64,000 bases of DNA from an uncultured delta proteobacterium. GTDB taxonomy: Bacteria > Desulfobacterota > Binatia > UBA9968. Position 1 is the first letter of the stretch. Every line of letters begins with the position of its first letter. The stretch lies in assembly GCA_963840855.1 (NCBI GenBank), contig CAWJBB010000002.1:1-64000 (forward strand). The letters are read 5' to 3'. Under the pieces are notes generated by a model that was not told the origin of the DNA, did no database searches, and saw only the letters and a list, made by a program, of their open reading frames with translations. Positions 39,251-48,588 of the stretch are shown piece by piece. The translations under genes were made by a program, and so were the position numbers.

Positions 39251-39390
39251 CGTTCCAAATGTTCCAGTCGTTCCAGTAGTTCCAATCGTTTCCGGAGGTT
39301 CTAACGGTTAAAATGTTCGTGCTGTTTCAGATTTTATTCGGGGGTATTGAACGTTTGGAACGGTTGGAACAATTGGAGCGTCTGGAACGC
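39251..39390. repeat. GTTCCANNN nonamer-array inverted repeat
   Basis: cgttccaaatgttccagtcgttccagtagttccaatcg ... tttggaacggttggaacaattggagcgtctggaacg. Confidence 0.75.
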
Positions 39391-39414
39391 GACGAGCGCA
39401 GCGAGGAGTAAAGA

Positions 39415-41064
39415 GTGTTAGCCGGCGTTGTCCGATTTCCTCCCGAATTCGCGGCGCGTTATCGCGCCAGGGGATATTGGCAGGACCGCTCTCTCGCCGA
39501 TATCTTCGGAGAGGTCTTCGGCAAATTTGCCGGAAGGATCGCAGTCATCGACCGCGACAAGTTCGTTACCTACGGGCAACTCGACGAAGGGTCGACGCGG
39601 TTAGCGCTCAATTTGCTCGCCGAAGGACTCGAGCCGCTCGACCGCGTGGTCGTGCAGCTGCCCAACGTCGTCGAGTTCGCTTATCTATATTTCGCCCTGC
39701 AGAAAATCGGCTGTATTCCGATCATGGCGCTGCCGACCCATCGTTTCCGTGAGATCAGCCAGTTCATCGAGCTGGCCGGCGCCGTGGCCTGCGCAACGCC
39801 GGACAAGACCAAAGATTTCGATTACCGGGAGCTCGTGCGGCGTATTCGCCCGGCGAGCAAAACCTTGCGTTATGGAATTGTTTTAGGCGATGCGCCCCGG
39901 GGCTATATCTCGTTGGCCGAACTTATTGCGAGGCCAAGCAAGCGCTCGACCGAAGAGTTGCAGAAAATCAACATCGATCCTGAGGATCCCGCGGTTTTTC
40001 AGCTCTCCGGTGGCACCACCGGTGTTCCCAAGCTCATCCCGCGCACCCATAACGACTATATTTATAATTCGAAGTTGGCTGCCGCTGTGACCGGAGTAGG
40101 ACCAGAAAGAGTGCTGTTGAACGTGTTACCACTGGGGCACAATCTGCCGCTGGCCTGCCCGGGCTTGCAAGGTTACCTCCTGCATGGCGGCAAAGTCGTG
40201 CTGGGAAATTCGACTCGCAGCGAAGATATTTTCACCTTGATCGAGCGCCACGGGGTCAGTCATATAGCCGTCGTGCCCGCGCTGTTGATTCGTTTGATCA
40301 ACGAGCCATCGATCGCGAAATATGATCTTTCTTCACTCAAAGTCATCCAGAGCGGCGGCCAGCGATTGCAACCGGAGGTGCGCCGCCGCACCAAGGAGCT
40401 GATTCCGAGCGCGTTCGTGCAGGAGAACTTCGGCATGGCCGAAGGCATGCTAATGTTTATTCGTCCCGATGATCCCGAGGATGTGAGAATGGAAACGGTC
40501 GGGAGGCCGGTTAGTCCCGACGACGAAGTGCGGCTTGTCGACGATGACGACAACGAGGTGGCGCCGGGCGAGGTCGGGGAATTGCTTGCCCGCGGTCCCT
40601 ATACGCTGCGAGGCTATTATGGCGTGTCTGAGTATAACGCCAGGGCGTTTACCTTCGACGGCTTTTACCGCTCCGGCGATCTGATGCGCCGGCATCTTTC
40701 CGGCAACTACATGGTCGAAGGACGAAAAAAGGATCTTATCAACCGCGGCGGGGAAAAAATTAGCGCGGAAGAAATTGAAAATCTGATTCTCGCTCATCCC
40801 GCCGTTCAAAACGTCGCTTGCGTGCCGATGCCCGATCCGATTCTCGGTGAACGCATGTGCGCCTGCGTGATCCTGCGCCGCGGCGGCGCGTTGACCTTAG
40901 AACAACTTGCCGCCTTTCTCATGAACGAGGAAATTGCCAGGCATAAACTGCCCGAGCGCCTGGAGATCATGGATGATTTTCCGCTATCGCCGTTCGGCAA
41001 GGTTTCAAAAAAAGATCTTACCGAGCGAATTGCGCGGAAACTGAAAGAAGAAGGTAAAATCTAG
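39415..41064 (+). CDS. Aryl-acid adenylating enzyme (2,3-dihydroxybenzoate/salicylate-AMP ligase, DhbE/EntE-like)
   Basis: QLSGGTTGVPKLIPRTHNDYIY, FGMAEG, RGPYTLRGYY, GFYRSGD, INRGGEKI. Confidence 0.9.
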   Translation: MLAGVVRFPPEFAARYRARGYWQDRSLADIFGEVFGKFAGRIAVIDRDKFVTYGQLDEGSTRLALNLLAEGLEPLDRVVVQLPNVVEFAYLYFALQKIGCIPIMALPTHRFREISQFIELAGAVACATPDKTKDFDYRELVRRIRPASKTLRYGIVLGDAPRGYISLAELIARPSKRSTEELQKINIDPEDPAVFQLSGGTTGVPKLIPRTHNDYIYNSKLAAAVTGVGPERVLLNVLPLGHNLPLACPGLQGYLLHGGKVVLGNSTRSEDIFTLIERHGVSHIAVVPALLIRLINEPSIAKYDLSSLKVIQSGGQRLQPEVRRRTKELIPSAFVQENFGMAEGMLMFIRPDDPEDVRMETVGRPVSPDDEVRLVDDDDNEVAPGEVGELLARGPYTLRGYYGVSEYNARAFTFDGFYRSGDLMRRHLSGNYMVEGRKKDLINRGGEKISAEEIENLILAHPAVQNVACVPMPDPILGERMCACVILRRGGALTLEQLAAFLMNEEIARHKLPERLEIMDDFPLSPFGKVSKKDLTERIARKLKEEGKI

Positions 41065-41145
41065 TCAAATACAGAATCGAAAAAGAGATGACTTGCGCAA
41101 AGACGCAAAGAATATCCAAATTTTTTCAATGGGGAGGTCAATGCC

Positions 41146-42024
41146 ATGTCTGAAGAGATAAAAGAGCTGATCCAAGACTATCGCGACGGTAAAATAACGC
41201 GGCGAGGGTTTATGCGCCGTGTGGCAATCTTGACGGGGAGCCTCGCTGGGGCGAACTCAATGATCGCCGGCCTCATGCAAGACAGCGCGACGGCCCAGGT
41301 TGACCCGGGTGATCCGGCAATTCTCTGGCACAATATTGAATACGCCGGTAAGGCCGGCCCGGTGTTCGGCTATCTTGCTCGTCCTGCCGTGGCGGGCAAG
41401 CATCCCGGCCTGGTTTTGATTCACGCCAATCAGGGCTTGACCAGTCACGTTCGCGACGTAGCGCGACGCCTGGCCAAGGAAGGCTACGTGACGCTGGCCC
41501 CCGACTATCTTTCCCGCCGGGGCGGAACGGTTAAGGTTAATCCGAAGGGCGGAGGGTTGTCCAACATTCGCGAACTTGCGCCGTGGCAAGAGGTCGCCGA
41601 AGATACCGACGCGGGCTTCGCCTATCTCCAAATCCTATCTGATGTTCGGGGCGACCGGCGCGGCGTCATCGGATTTTGCTGGGGCGGTGAGATGACCTTC
41701 TGTGCGGCAACCCAGGTGCGCGGGCTCAGGGCGGCGGTGGTGTTCTACGGCCGCAGCCCGAAACCTATCGAGTTGGTGAAACATATCGAAGCGCCGATTA
41801 TGGCGCACTACGGCGAAAAAGATCCCGGCGTCAATCAGGACATACCTTCAACCGAAGAGGCGATGAAGAAGTTTAACAAACCGTACACCTATAAGATTTA
41901 TCCCGGGGCGCAACATGGATTCTACAACGAAGGCAATCCCGAACGTCATCATCCGGAAGCGGCCAGAGAGGCTTGGGCCAAAACGCTCGATCTCTTCAAG
42001 AACAGGCTCCAGGGTACGGTGTAG
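41146..42024 (+). CDS. Dienelactone hydrolase family protein
   Basis: TRRGF Tat-like motif, GFCWGG nucleophile, YPGAQHGF. Confidence 0.92.
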   Translation: MSEEIKELIQDYRDGKITRRGFMRRVAILTGSLAGANSMIAGLMQDSATAQVDPGDPAILWHNIEYAGKAGPVFGYLARPAVAGKHPGLVLIHANQGLTSHVRDVARRLAKEGYVTLAPDYLSRRGGTVKVNPKGGGLSNIRELAPWQEVAEDTDAGFAYLQILSDVRGDRRGVIGFCWGGEMTFCAATQVRGLRAAVVFYGRSPKPIELVKHIEAPIMAHYGEKDPGVNQDIPSTEEAMKKFNKPYTYKIYPGAQHGFYNEGNPERHHPEAAREAWAKTLDLFKNRLQGTV

Positions 42025-42230
42025 AGGCTTTCATAATAGTCTGCCGAAATTCCCTGATGAATGGTTCGACTAAGCCCGTACTTCGGCAAGCTCAGTGGAA
42101 CGGGAAGTCAAGGAGACCTTTTGGCCCAAGCATGTTCAAGATGCCGTTTTTGGAAACCAGTAGCGGCCATGTCAGGCGCAGGTTGATTCAGGCGTCAGGC
42201 CATTTGGTCATCGAACGAAAGCAGATCACC

Positions 42231-43238
42231 ATGCGCGCTTTCGCACAGAAACCAGAGGCAACTCACGAGACTAAATCCGCGAAGCCGGCGATGCTCAGAC
42301 GGGCAGGCTCAGCGCAAGGCGGCGCAGTGAACGCCATCCTTCACCTGCAACGCACAATTGGGAATCAGGCCGTCCAGCGGCGCTTACAAGCACAGGGCAA
42401 AGGCATTCGGCCCGATATTCAATTATCAAGGCTCAGAGATTTTGCAGGCAGACCCGAGCGCCAGGCTTTCCTCATAGATGATAAGGACATTGAAGCCAGC
42501 GATGAATTCAAGTCCTATATGAATTCAAGTCTCGTTTGGCAATGGCAAGACAAGATGACAAGGGAGGAAGCGTTCTTGGCTTGCAGACTTTTCATTGAAG
42601 CAATTCAGAGAGGGGAAGTCGTGAAGTGGAAAAACGATGCCCGTGGATTTATGAACAAGGCAAGAAAGTTGATCAACATCACGAAATCTCCTAAAGCAGA
42701 TTGCCCGAGTTCGAAATATAGAGCTTGTGTGAAGAGAGCGGATATTCCAGATGGATTGTCTAATCTGGCTGCAACGCCTGGAATGTTGGCTGGCTTTTTC
42801 AAAATGGAGATCGACTGGCACGAAGACGATCCCAAGTGTGCTTGCTGTTGTGGCGAATATCGCCAATTCGTAAAAGGGTTCATCAAGATTAATGGGACAA
42901 AACAAACGAAGAAACTGTTTAACGGAAAATCGTTATCAGAAACGGATTGGAATGAAGATAGTGATGCAGCGAACCATCCATACGGACATCGGGATTTGTC
43001 CGAAGCGGTGAACGACAAGTTTATCCCTGACCGGAAGAACGGATGTTTGTACCGCGGTTTCGACACCCCAGGCATTGACGATCCGGCTGTTGCAGGGAAA
43101 CATGTAGTGATGGTACTGGAATTTAAAGGTCAGACATTCGACAGGTGTCAAAAGACTGCTGGACCAGAAAAGCTTTGGAAACTGGATTTTAAGGGCGATG
43201 TTCCTGATTTAGATCAGGGCGGCGGCGTGATTGGATAA
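42231..43238 (+). CDS. Hypothetical protein with eCIS-effector-like N-terminus and Cys-rich C-terminal domain
   Basis: ILHLQRTIGNQAVQRRL leader motif; CACCCGEYRQFVKG...PYGHR...GCLYRGFDTPG; lower GC than flanks. Confidence 0.65.
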   Translation: MRAFAQKPEATHETKSAKPAMLRRAGSAQGGAVNAILHLQRTIGNQAVQRRLQAQGKGIRPDIQLSRLRDFAGRPERQAFLIDDKDIEASDEFKSYMNSSLVWQWQDKMTREEAFLACRLFIEAIQRGEVVKWKNDARGFMNKARKLINITKSPKADCPSSKYRACVKRADIPDGLSNLAATPGMLAGFFKMEIDWHEDDPKCACCCGEYRQFVKGFIKINGTKQTKKLFNGKSLSETDWNEDSDAANHPYGHRDLSEAVNDKFIPDRKNGCLYRGFDTPGIDDPAVAGKHVVMVLEFKGQTFDRCQKTAGPEKLWKLDFKGDVPDLDQGGGVIG

Positions 43239-43299
43239 TCAAATTCGCTCAATGCATCAGGCGTGTGGGCGGCTGGGTGCAGCGGGAGCGGGACGAGGG

Positions 43300-43485
43300 T
43301 GAGTGGAGTTCCATTACAAACGCGGTGTAGTAGGTCACCAATCCGCGGACTGTCCACACCTCGGTCGTGAAGAAATCCGCCGCGAGGAGCGCCGGCCAAT
43401 GCGCGAGCAGAAAGGTGCGCCACGCCATCTGCTCGGCTCCACGCCGCATCCAGATGAGGCGTTCATCGTTCAGACGATGCGCCAC
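43300..43485. pseudogene. Integrase-core (rve) transposase fragment, internally inverted
   Basis: Minus strand WRTFLLAHW...ADFFTTEVWTVRGLVTYY...ELHS; plus strand LGSTPHPDEAFIVQTMRH. Confidence 0.75.
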
Positions 43486-43950
43486 AGCGTGCCACTGAGG
43501 CCTCAACCGATGACGCGCACGCGCAGGGTGGGCCGGCGCGCATGAGTTGGGCCAGGCTGCTCAAACGAGTCTTCGACATCGACATCGAACACTGCTCGAA
43601 CTGCGGCGGCAGCTTGAAGATCATCGCCACCATCGAAGATCCGCCGTTGATTGTCAGAATCCTTATTTCATCTGGGCCTGCCGACCCGCGCCCCGCCGCA
43701 GCGATTCGATCTATTCCAGACAATCTGAGGAGCCGAAACCGGTTGCCAACGCCAGCCGACGGAGCCGCTCGCTCTGAGTTCGAGCGAGCGGCGCAATAAA
43801 AAACAAATCGCGCCTCTCCGACCGCTGCGCCGCCCAAGTCAGCCGAAGCAACACCGGGGGTTTCACTAAACGCACGTGCGCTTGACGGCTCGCGGGTTCG
43901 GCGATATAGCTCCGGGCAGAAAAAAAAGGTGATTTAAATTTCCTATACAT
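43486..43950 (+). mobile_element. IS91/ISCR-family 3' fragment with oriIS (direct repeat copy 1)
   Basis: MSWARLLKRVFDIDIEHCSNCGG; ends GATTTAAATTTCCTATAC, matching the oriIS consensus; near-identical to 47121-47577. Confidence 0.88.
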
Positions 43951-44228
43951 ATGCATAGGATTTCCTGAGCATTGAAGAAAACCAGAAGCGAGAGAACTCG
44001 AGCGAAGAAGTTCTGACGCAACTCTGGCCCAAAGCGATCAAGCTGGCCAACGAGCTTTTGCAATGGGCGGACGCACCCTAGTAGTTATAGTTGTCCAGCT
44101 ACTTTTCTTTATTGTATTCATCCCGTCCGTCCCGGCGCAGACGGGTAGCCGTTTGCTTGACAGGCTCGATTTCACGAAACAAAAGATATCGTCCAAGGGG
44201 GACAAGCCGGCTCAGGGGTGGCGCGGTC

Positions 44229-45176
44229 ATGGGTGACTTGATTAGCATTCTGATTCCCACTAAAGGGCGTATCGACGAACTTCAGCAGCTTCTCCAGAGC
44301 TTGTCCGAAATGAACGGGCGAGACTCAATTTTTCACGAGATCTTAATCATTAATAATGCAGCCGATCAAAACACCGCCGAAAGCGTAGAAGAACTCGTTC
44401 AAAGCTACATTCGGCTCGAAGGTGATCAGTGGAAGCTCGTGCGCGAACCGGTTGCCGGTAAGTCTCGGGCTCTGAATCGAGGGATCGCACTCGCGCGTGG
44501 CAACATTTTAGCATTTCTGGACGACGACGTGGTAGTTACTCCTTCCTGGCTGACTGCAACGTCTAACTTCTTCGCGCAATCTGAATTCGACGTTAAACAG
44601 GGGGCAATCCATATTCCACCTGCTTTGATCGGGAATGAGGAGTTTCTAACGCTCTTGCGGCAATATCGAACAATATTCTATCTCATGAAAGCCGATTCCG
44701 ATGGACAAAGCATCAAGAGTCTTAACGGCGCGAATCTGGCCATAAGACGCGATCTATTACAAAAGTCGGGCTATTTCGATGAGCGACTCGGTCCCGGCGC
44801 GTCGGGAACGTCCATGGACAGCGAATTCGGCGAAAGAGTCAAAAAGGTCGGCGGACGGATCGGCTACGAATCGAAGTCGGTGGTTTATCATCAGGTCGAT
44901 TGGAGGCGACTGACCGATAAGTATTTTCGCTGGCGCAATGAAGCGGAAGGCTGGAGCAATTATCTTTATAAGGACATCAGGCTCGATGCCATCCTATCTA
45001 ACCTGCTGTGCTCGACCGCCCGCTTCTGCTTCTATTCGTTATTGGGTTCGAAGCGCAAAAAATACCGTATGAAGGGACGATGCTTCCGCTATCATGTCAT
45101 GCTGAAAGCGAAGCTGCGCGACCGCGGCAACTACGCAACATCTTCTTTTAAATTGCGATTGAGGCGTCAACATTGA
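44229..45176 (+). CDS. Glycosyltransferase family 2
   Basis: ISILIPT, GKSRALNRGI, AFLDDD, GANLAIRR, FDERLG. Confidence 0.92.
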   Translation: MGDLISILIPTKGRIDELQQLLQSLSEMNGRDSIFHEILIINNAADQNTAESVEELVQSYIRLEGDQWKLVREPVAGKSRALNRGIALARGNILAFLDDDVVVTPSWLTATSNFFAQSEFDVKQGAIHIPPALIGNEEFLTLLRQYRTIFYLMKADSDGQSIKSLNGANLAIRRDLLQKSGYFDERLGPGASGTSMDSEFGERVKKVGGRIGYESKSVVYHQVDWRRLTDKYFRWRNEAEGWSNYLYKDIRLDAILSNLLCSTARFCFYSLLGSKRKKYRMKGRCFRYHVMLKAKLRDRGNYATSSFKLRLRRQH

Positions 45177-45290
45177 TGAGAAGTCTCGTCAAGTCTCGGC
45201 TGAAAGCTGTCGCCTAAAGGAAAGCCCAAGGTTTTGCTCGCGTCAAAGACGCTGAGTGATCGTTCCATACAGGTCGTGAAAGAGAGGATC

Positions 45291-46391
45291 ATGCAACCTT
45301 TCCGCGTAATGTACATCGTCAAGCAGTTTCCACAAATCTCGGAGAGCTATATCAAAACCGAGATCGAGGCGATCCAGGGAAAATGCGAAGTCAGGATCAT
45401 CACCACAAAGAAAGCATCGATGCCGGCGACGAATCACCCGCCTTTTTGCCATATCGATAAACTGGCAACGATTCGGGAAGCGATTGAAGACTTTCGGCCC
45501 CACGTCCTCCATACCCACTGGCTTCATTCCGCCCGATTGCTCGGAGAACTCTCCAAACAATGTAAAATCCCATTCACGGTCAGGACTCACTCCTTCGACT
45601 CAATCTGGGACGATACTCATGTTACGTCAGGCTGGAGGCGAATTTTCGGCCGCAGCTCCCTACCGCCTCATGTTCGTGAAGCTATTGGGTTCATTCGTAG
45701 CCACCGATGTTTGGGTATCCTCGCCTTTCCGTTCAACCGCGCTCGGTTGGAAAAGGCGGGTATCGCCGGAGATAAGATCACCGACTGCCATCCGGTGGTG
45801 AACTATCCGCTGTTCCATGACACCGGGCCCAATGGCGATGCAATCATGAACGTCGGCGCTGCCATCACAAAAAAGAAAATGGAAGATTTCATTGATCTCG
45901 GGTCGATGCTACCCGAGCGAAGCTTTAATTTGTACGCGATGGCTTATGACGTCGACAAGCTCCACAAACTCAACGAGTCCAAAGGGAAGCCGATCAACAT
46001 CGTCACCCCCATCGAGCTCGAGGACATGCCGGCGCAGTATAAAAAACACGAATGGCTTGTCTATACCGCGCGCATGGATATGGCCAGTGTCGGCTGGCCT
46101 ATGTCCGTCGCCGAAGCCCAAGCCTCGGGAGTCGGAGTTTGCGTCGCCAATATCCGTCCCGATCTAAAAGAATACGTCGGGGACGCCGGCTTCTTGTTTA
46201 ATTCCGTCGGTGAAGCCCTGGAAATCATCACCAAGCCGTTCCCGGAGGAAATGCGACAAAGGGGATTTGATCAAGCCAAGAAGTCCAATATCTTTGAGCA
46301 TCGAGCACTGCTTTTTAAACTCTGGCAAAAGGCCAGTCCGGCACATTTCCAAGACCACCAAGAAGAAATTCAAGCCGAGATCAGCACTTAA
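45291..46391 (+). CDS. Glycosyltransferase family 4 (GT-B)-like
   Basis: FPQISESYI, LHTHW, KK, GWPMSVAEAQASG. Confidence 0.85.
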   Translation: MQPFRVMYIVKQFPQISESYIKTEIEAIQGKCEVRIITTKKASMPATNHPPFCHIDKLATIREAIEDFRPHVLHTHWLHSARLLGELSKQCKIPFTVRTHSFDSIWDDTHVTSGWRRIFGRSSLPPHVREAIGFIRSHRCLGILAFPFNRARLEKAGIAGDKITDCHPVVNYPLFHDTGPNGDAIMNVGAAITKKKMEDFIDLGSMLPERSFNLYAMAYDVDKLHKLNESKGKPINIVTPIELEDMPAQYKKHEWLVYTARMDMASVGWPMSVAEAQASGVGVCVANIRPDLKEYVGDAGFLFNSVGEALEIITKPFPEEMRQRGFDQAKKSNIFEHRALLFKLWQKASPAHFQDHQEEIQAEIST

Positions 46392-46569
46392 GAAAAATTC
46401 CTTGGGGCAGGGTTCTGAGTTTGCCGATTGGAAGTCGACTCCTGTTCTCATCGTTCAGCGGAGCCAGAAGGTTTCCTTGAAAATGAAATCTTATCAGTTC
46501 GCTCTGAGCCTGGCCGAAGGGCACCGAGTCTTTACACAATCAGTTGAAGGGCGGGGCTTTGTGCAAGCT

Positions 46570-47362
46570 CAAACTATCCAAAAGCCGGGAGGGATTCTGA
46601 ACTGCGCGTGGTATCTGGGTTTCTCATCGAAGAGCAAGGCATGACCTAAGCTCGCTTTTGCCCCTGCAAGCGGCCTCGTGCACCTACCGCCTTGCGCTCG
46701 GGCCACGAGCGGGACAGAAGGTGCTGAGCTTGCAAAGCCTGCCGAGCGCAGACAAATCATCCACACCGGACCTGTGTGCCAAACTCCACGGCTTCACTCT
46801 TCATGCGGCAGTGCGCTGGGGCGCCGATCAGCGCCAACAACTGGAGCACCTGTGCCGCTATATCACCCGCCCGGCGATCGCCAATGAACGGCTCAAGCGT
46901 AACCGCGCCGGCCAAGTCGTGTTGCAACTAAAGAGTTCATACAAAGACGGCACCACCCATATCGTCATGGCGCCGCTGGAATTCATGCAGCGCCTCGCCG
47001 CCCTGGTGCCCCGTCCGCGCTTACATCTGATCCCGTTCGACAGGCTCAGGGCAGGCCGCTTCCATGGCGTGCTCGCGCCCAACGCGAAGTTGCGGGGTAA
47101 AATCATTCCTAGTCCGGCGGAGCGTGCCACTGAGGCTTCAACCGATGACGCGCACGCGCAGGGTGGGCCGGCGCGCATGAGTTGGGCCAGGCTGCTCAAA
47201 CGAGTCTTCGACATCGACATCGAACACTGCTCGAACTGCGGCGGCAGCTTGAAGATCATCGCCACCATCGAAGATCCGCCGTTGATTGTCAGAATCCTTA
47301 TTCATCTGGGCCTGCCGACCCGCGCCCCGCCGCAGCGATTCGATCTATTCCAGACAATCTGA
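46570..47362 (+). pseudogene. IS91/ISCR-family rolling-circle transposase, 5'-truncated
   Basis: GFTLHAA, LEHLCRYITRP, DGTTH, LVPRPRLHLI..RFHGVLAPN, WARLLKRVF; degenerate upstream (FLIEEQGMT). Confidence 0.9.
47033..47056 (+). repeat. REP unit inserted in frame in the transposase (PFDRLRAG)
   Basis: ccgttcgacaggctcagggcaggc splits the conserved RLHLI|RFHG motif. Confidence 0.8.
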
Positions 47363-47577
47363 GGAGCCGAAACCGGTTGCCAACGCCAGCCGACGGAGCC
47401 GCTCGCTCTGAGTTCGAGCGAGCGGCGCAATAAAAAACAAATCGCGCCTCTCCGACCGCTGCGCCGCCCAAGTCAGCCGAAGCAACACCGGGGGTTTCAC
47501 TAAACGCACGTGCGCTTGACGGCTCGCGGGTTCGGCGATATAGCTCCGGGCAGAAAAAAAGTTGTTTAAATTTCCTA
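47121..47577 (+). mobile_element. IS91/ISCR 3' end, direct repeat copy 2; oriIS interrupted by intron and resuming TACAT at 48589
   Basis: GTTTAAATTTCCTA|intron|TACAT versus ATTTAAATTTCCTATACAT in copy 1. Confidence 0.88.
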
Positions 47578-48588
47578 GGAGCGGCCAGCAGAGCCGCGAG
47601 ACTTGGAAGGTGAAAGTCCTTCTGCCGTCAATTGCTCGATTCGGACGGCTAGCATATCCACTGCTCGGCGAGGTAACGGACCGAGATAGGCGTGGACGTA
47701 AAAGCCACGGCTGCCCAGTGCAGGGAACGGCGGTGGGTCGGGGCCATGGGAATCGGACTGAGGGCCAGTGCGAAAGCGCTGGATTACCCACCGAACCCTA
47801 AAGCGGCGATACCCTGCTGGACCAATAGGCTGCGCTGAGGTGGGAACGACCTGGGTGGCGAGCAAATCCGGAGGCCTGAACATCAGAGAATGGCTGCAGC
47901 CCCGAAATTAAACCCCGGACTGAAGTCGTTGTCCGGATCTTGTGGAGTGCCGACCCAGTTAGGAAATGGGGAAGGCCGATGTCCTGTGGGAAGAAACGAG
48001 TAAGCGCACCACAGGGACCGCCGGGGTAAGGGTCCAGGCATCTGGGGAAAGATTTGAGGGTGTAACGCTGGGAAGGTGCTATGTCCAGCAGGGGCTGGTG
48101 GCAACCTGCAAAGACCTGTCGACCAAGGCTATGACCGTAGGTGGCAGGAGGGCATAGGATTGGCGCATGAGCCCGTAGGAGCGACGAAGAAGGGGTAACA
48201 CCCTTCGAGGAGACGCATCAGGTCTCCCTCTGGGTCGGTAACGCCGGCCGGAGGCGAAGGGGCTCTGGGTACTTGGTGGTCCCAGGTGGGAGGCGGTTCC
48301 GGACACAGAGCCGGGAGTTAACCGACCTTCGAAGCAGGGACTAGTTTGTGAGCAAACCAGTTGCGGCGGGGTGTACGCGTACCAGCGCTTTAGCTTCGAT
48401 GCGATCTGGGAAGGCGAACAAAGGAAAGGCCAAGATCAGAACCGGACTCGGGAAACCCGACCGTCCGGGATCGCAGGGAGGCTTGTGGAAACGTGGTGAT
48501 TATGGGAGCCGGACTGAGGCCCATCGGGAAACCGATGGATTAGCCACCGTACCCTACCATTACGCGCGCGCCACATTTCTATCCCGAC
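47578..48588 (+). ncRNA. ORF-less group II intron (IIB-like, 1011 nt)
   Basis: 5' GGAGCG; GGTGAAAGTCC, AGCCCCGAAA, DIII-like GTAGGAGCGACGAAG..GGTAAC..GCGAAGGGG; DV ccggac-tcgggaaacccga-cc-gtccgg (48442-68); DVI with bulged A 48581; 3' CCCGAC; EBS1/EBS2 match the 5' exon. Confidence 0.9.

Noticed and set aside
39415-41064. Siderophore/NRPS biosynthetic cluster
   Set aside because: No carrier protein, isochorismate or condensation genes nearby.
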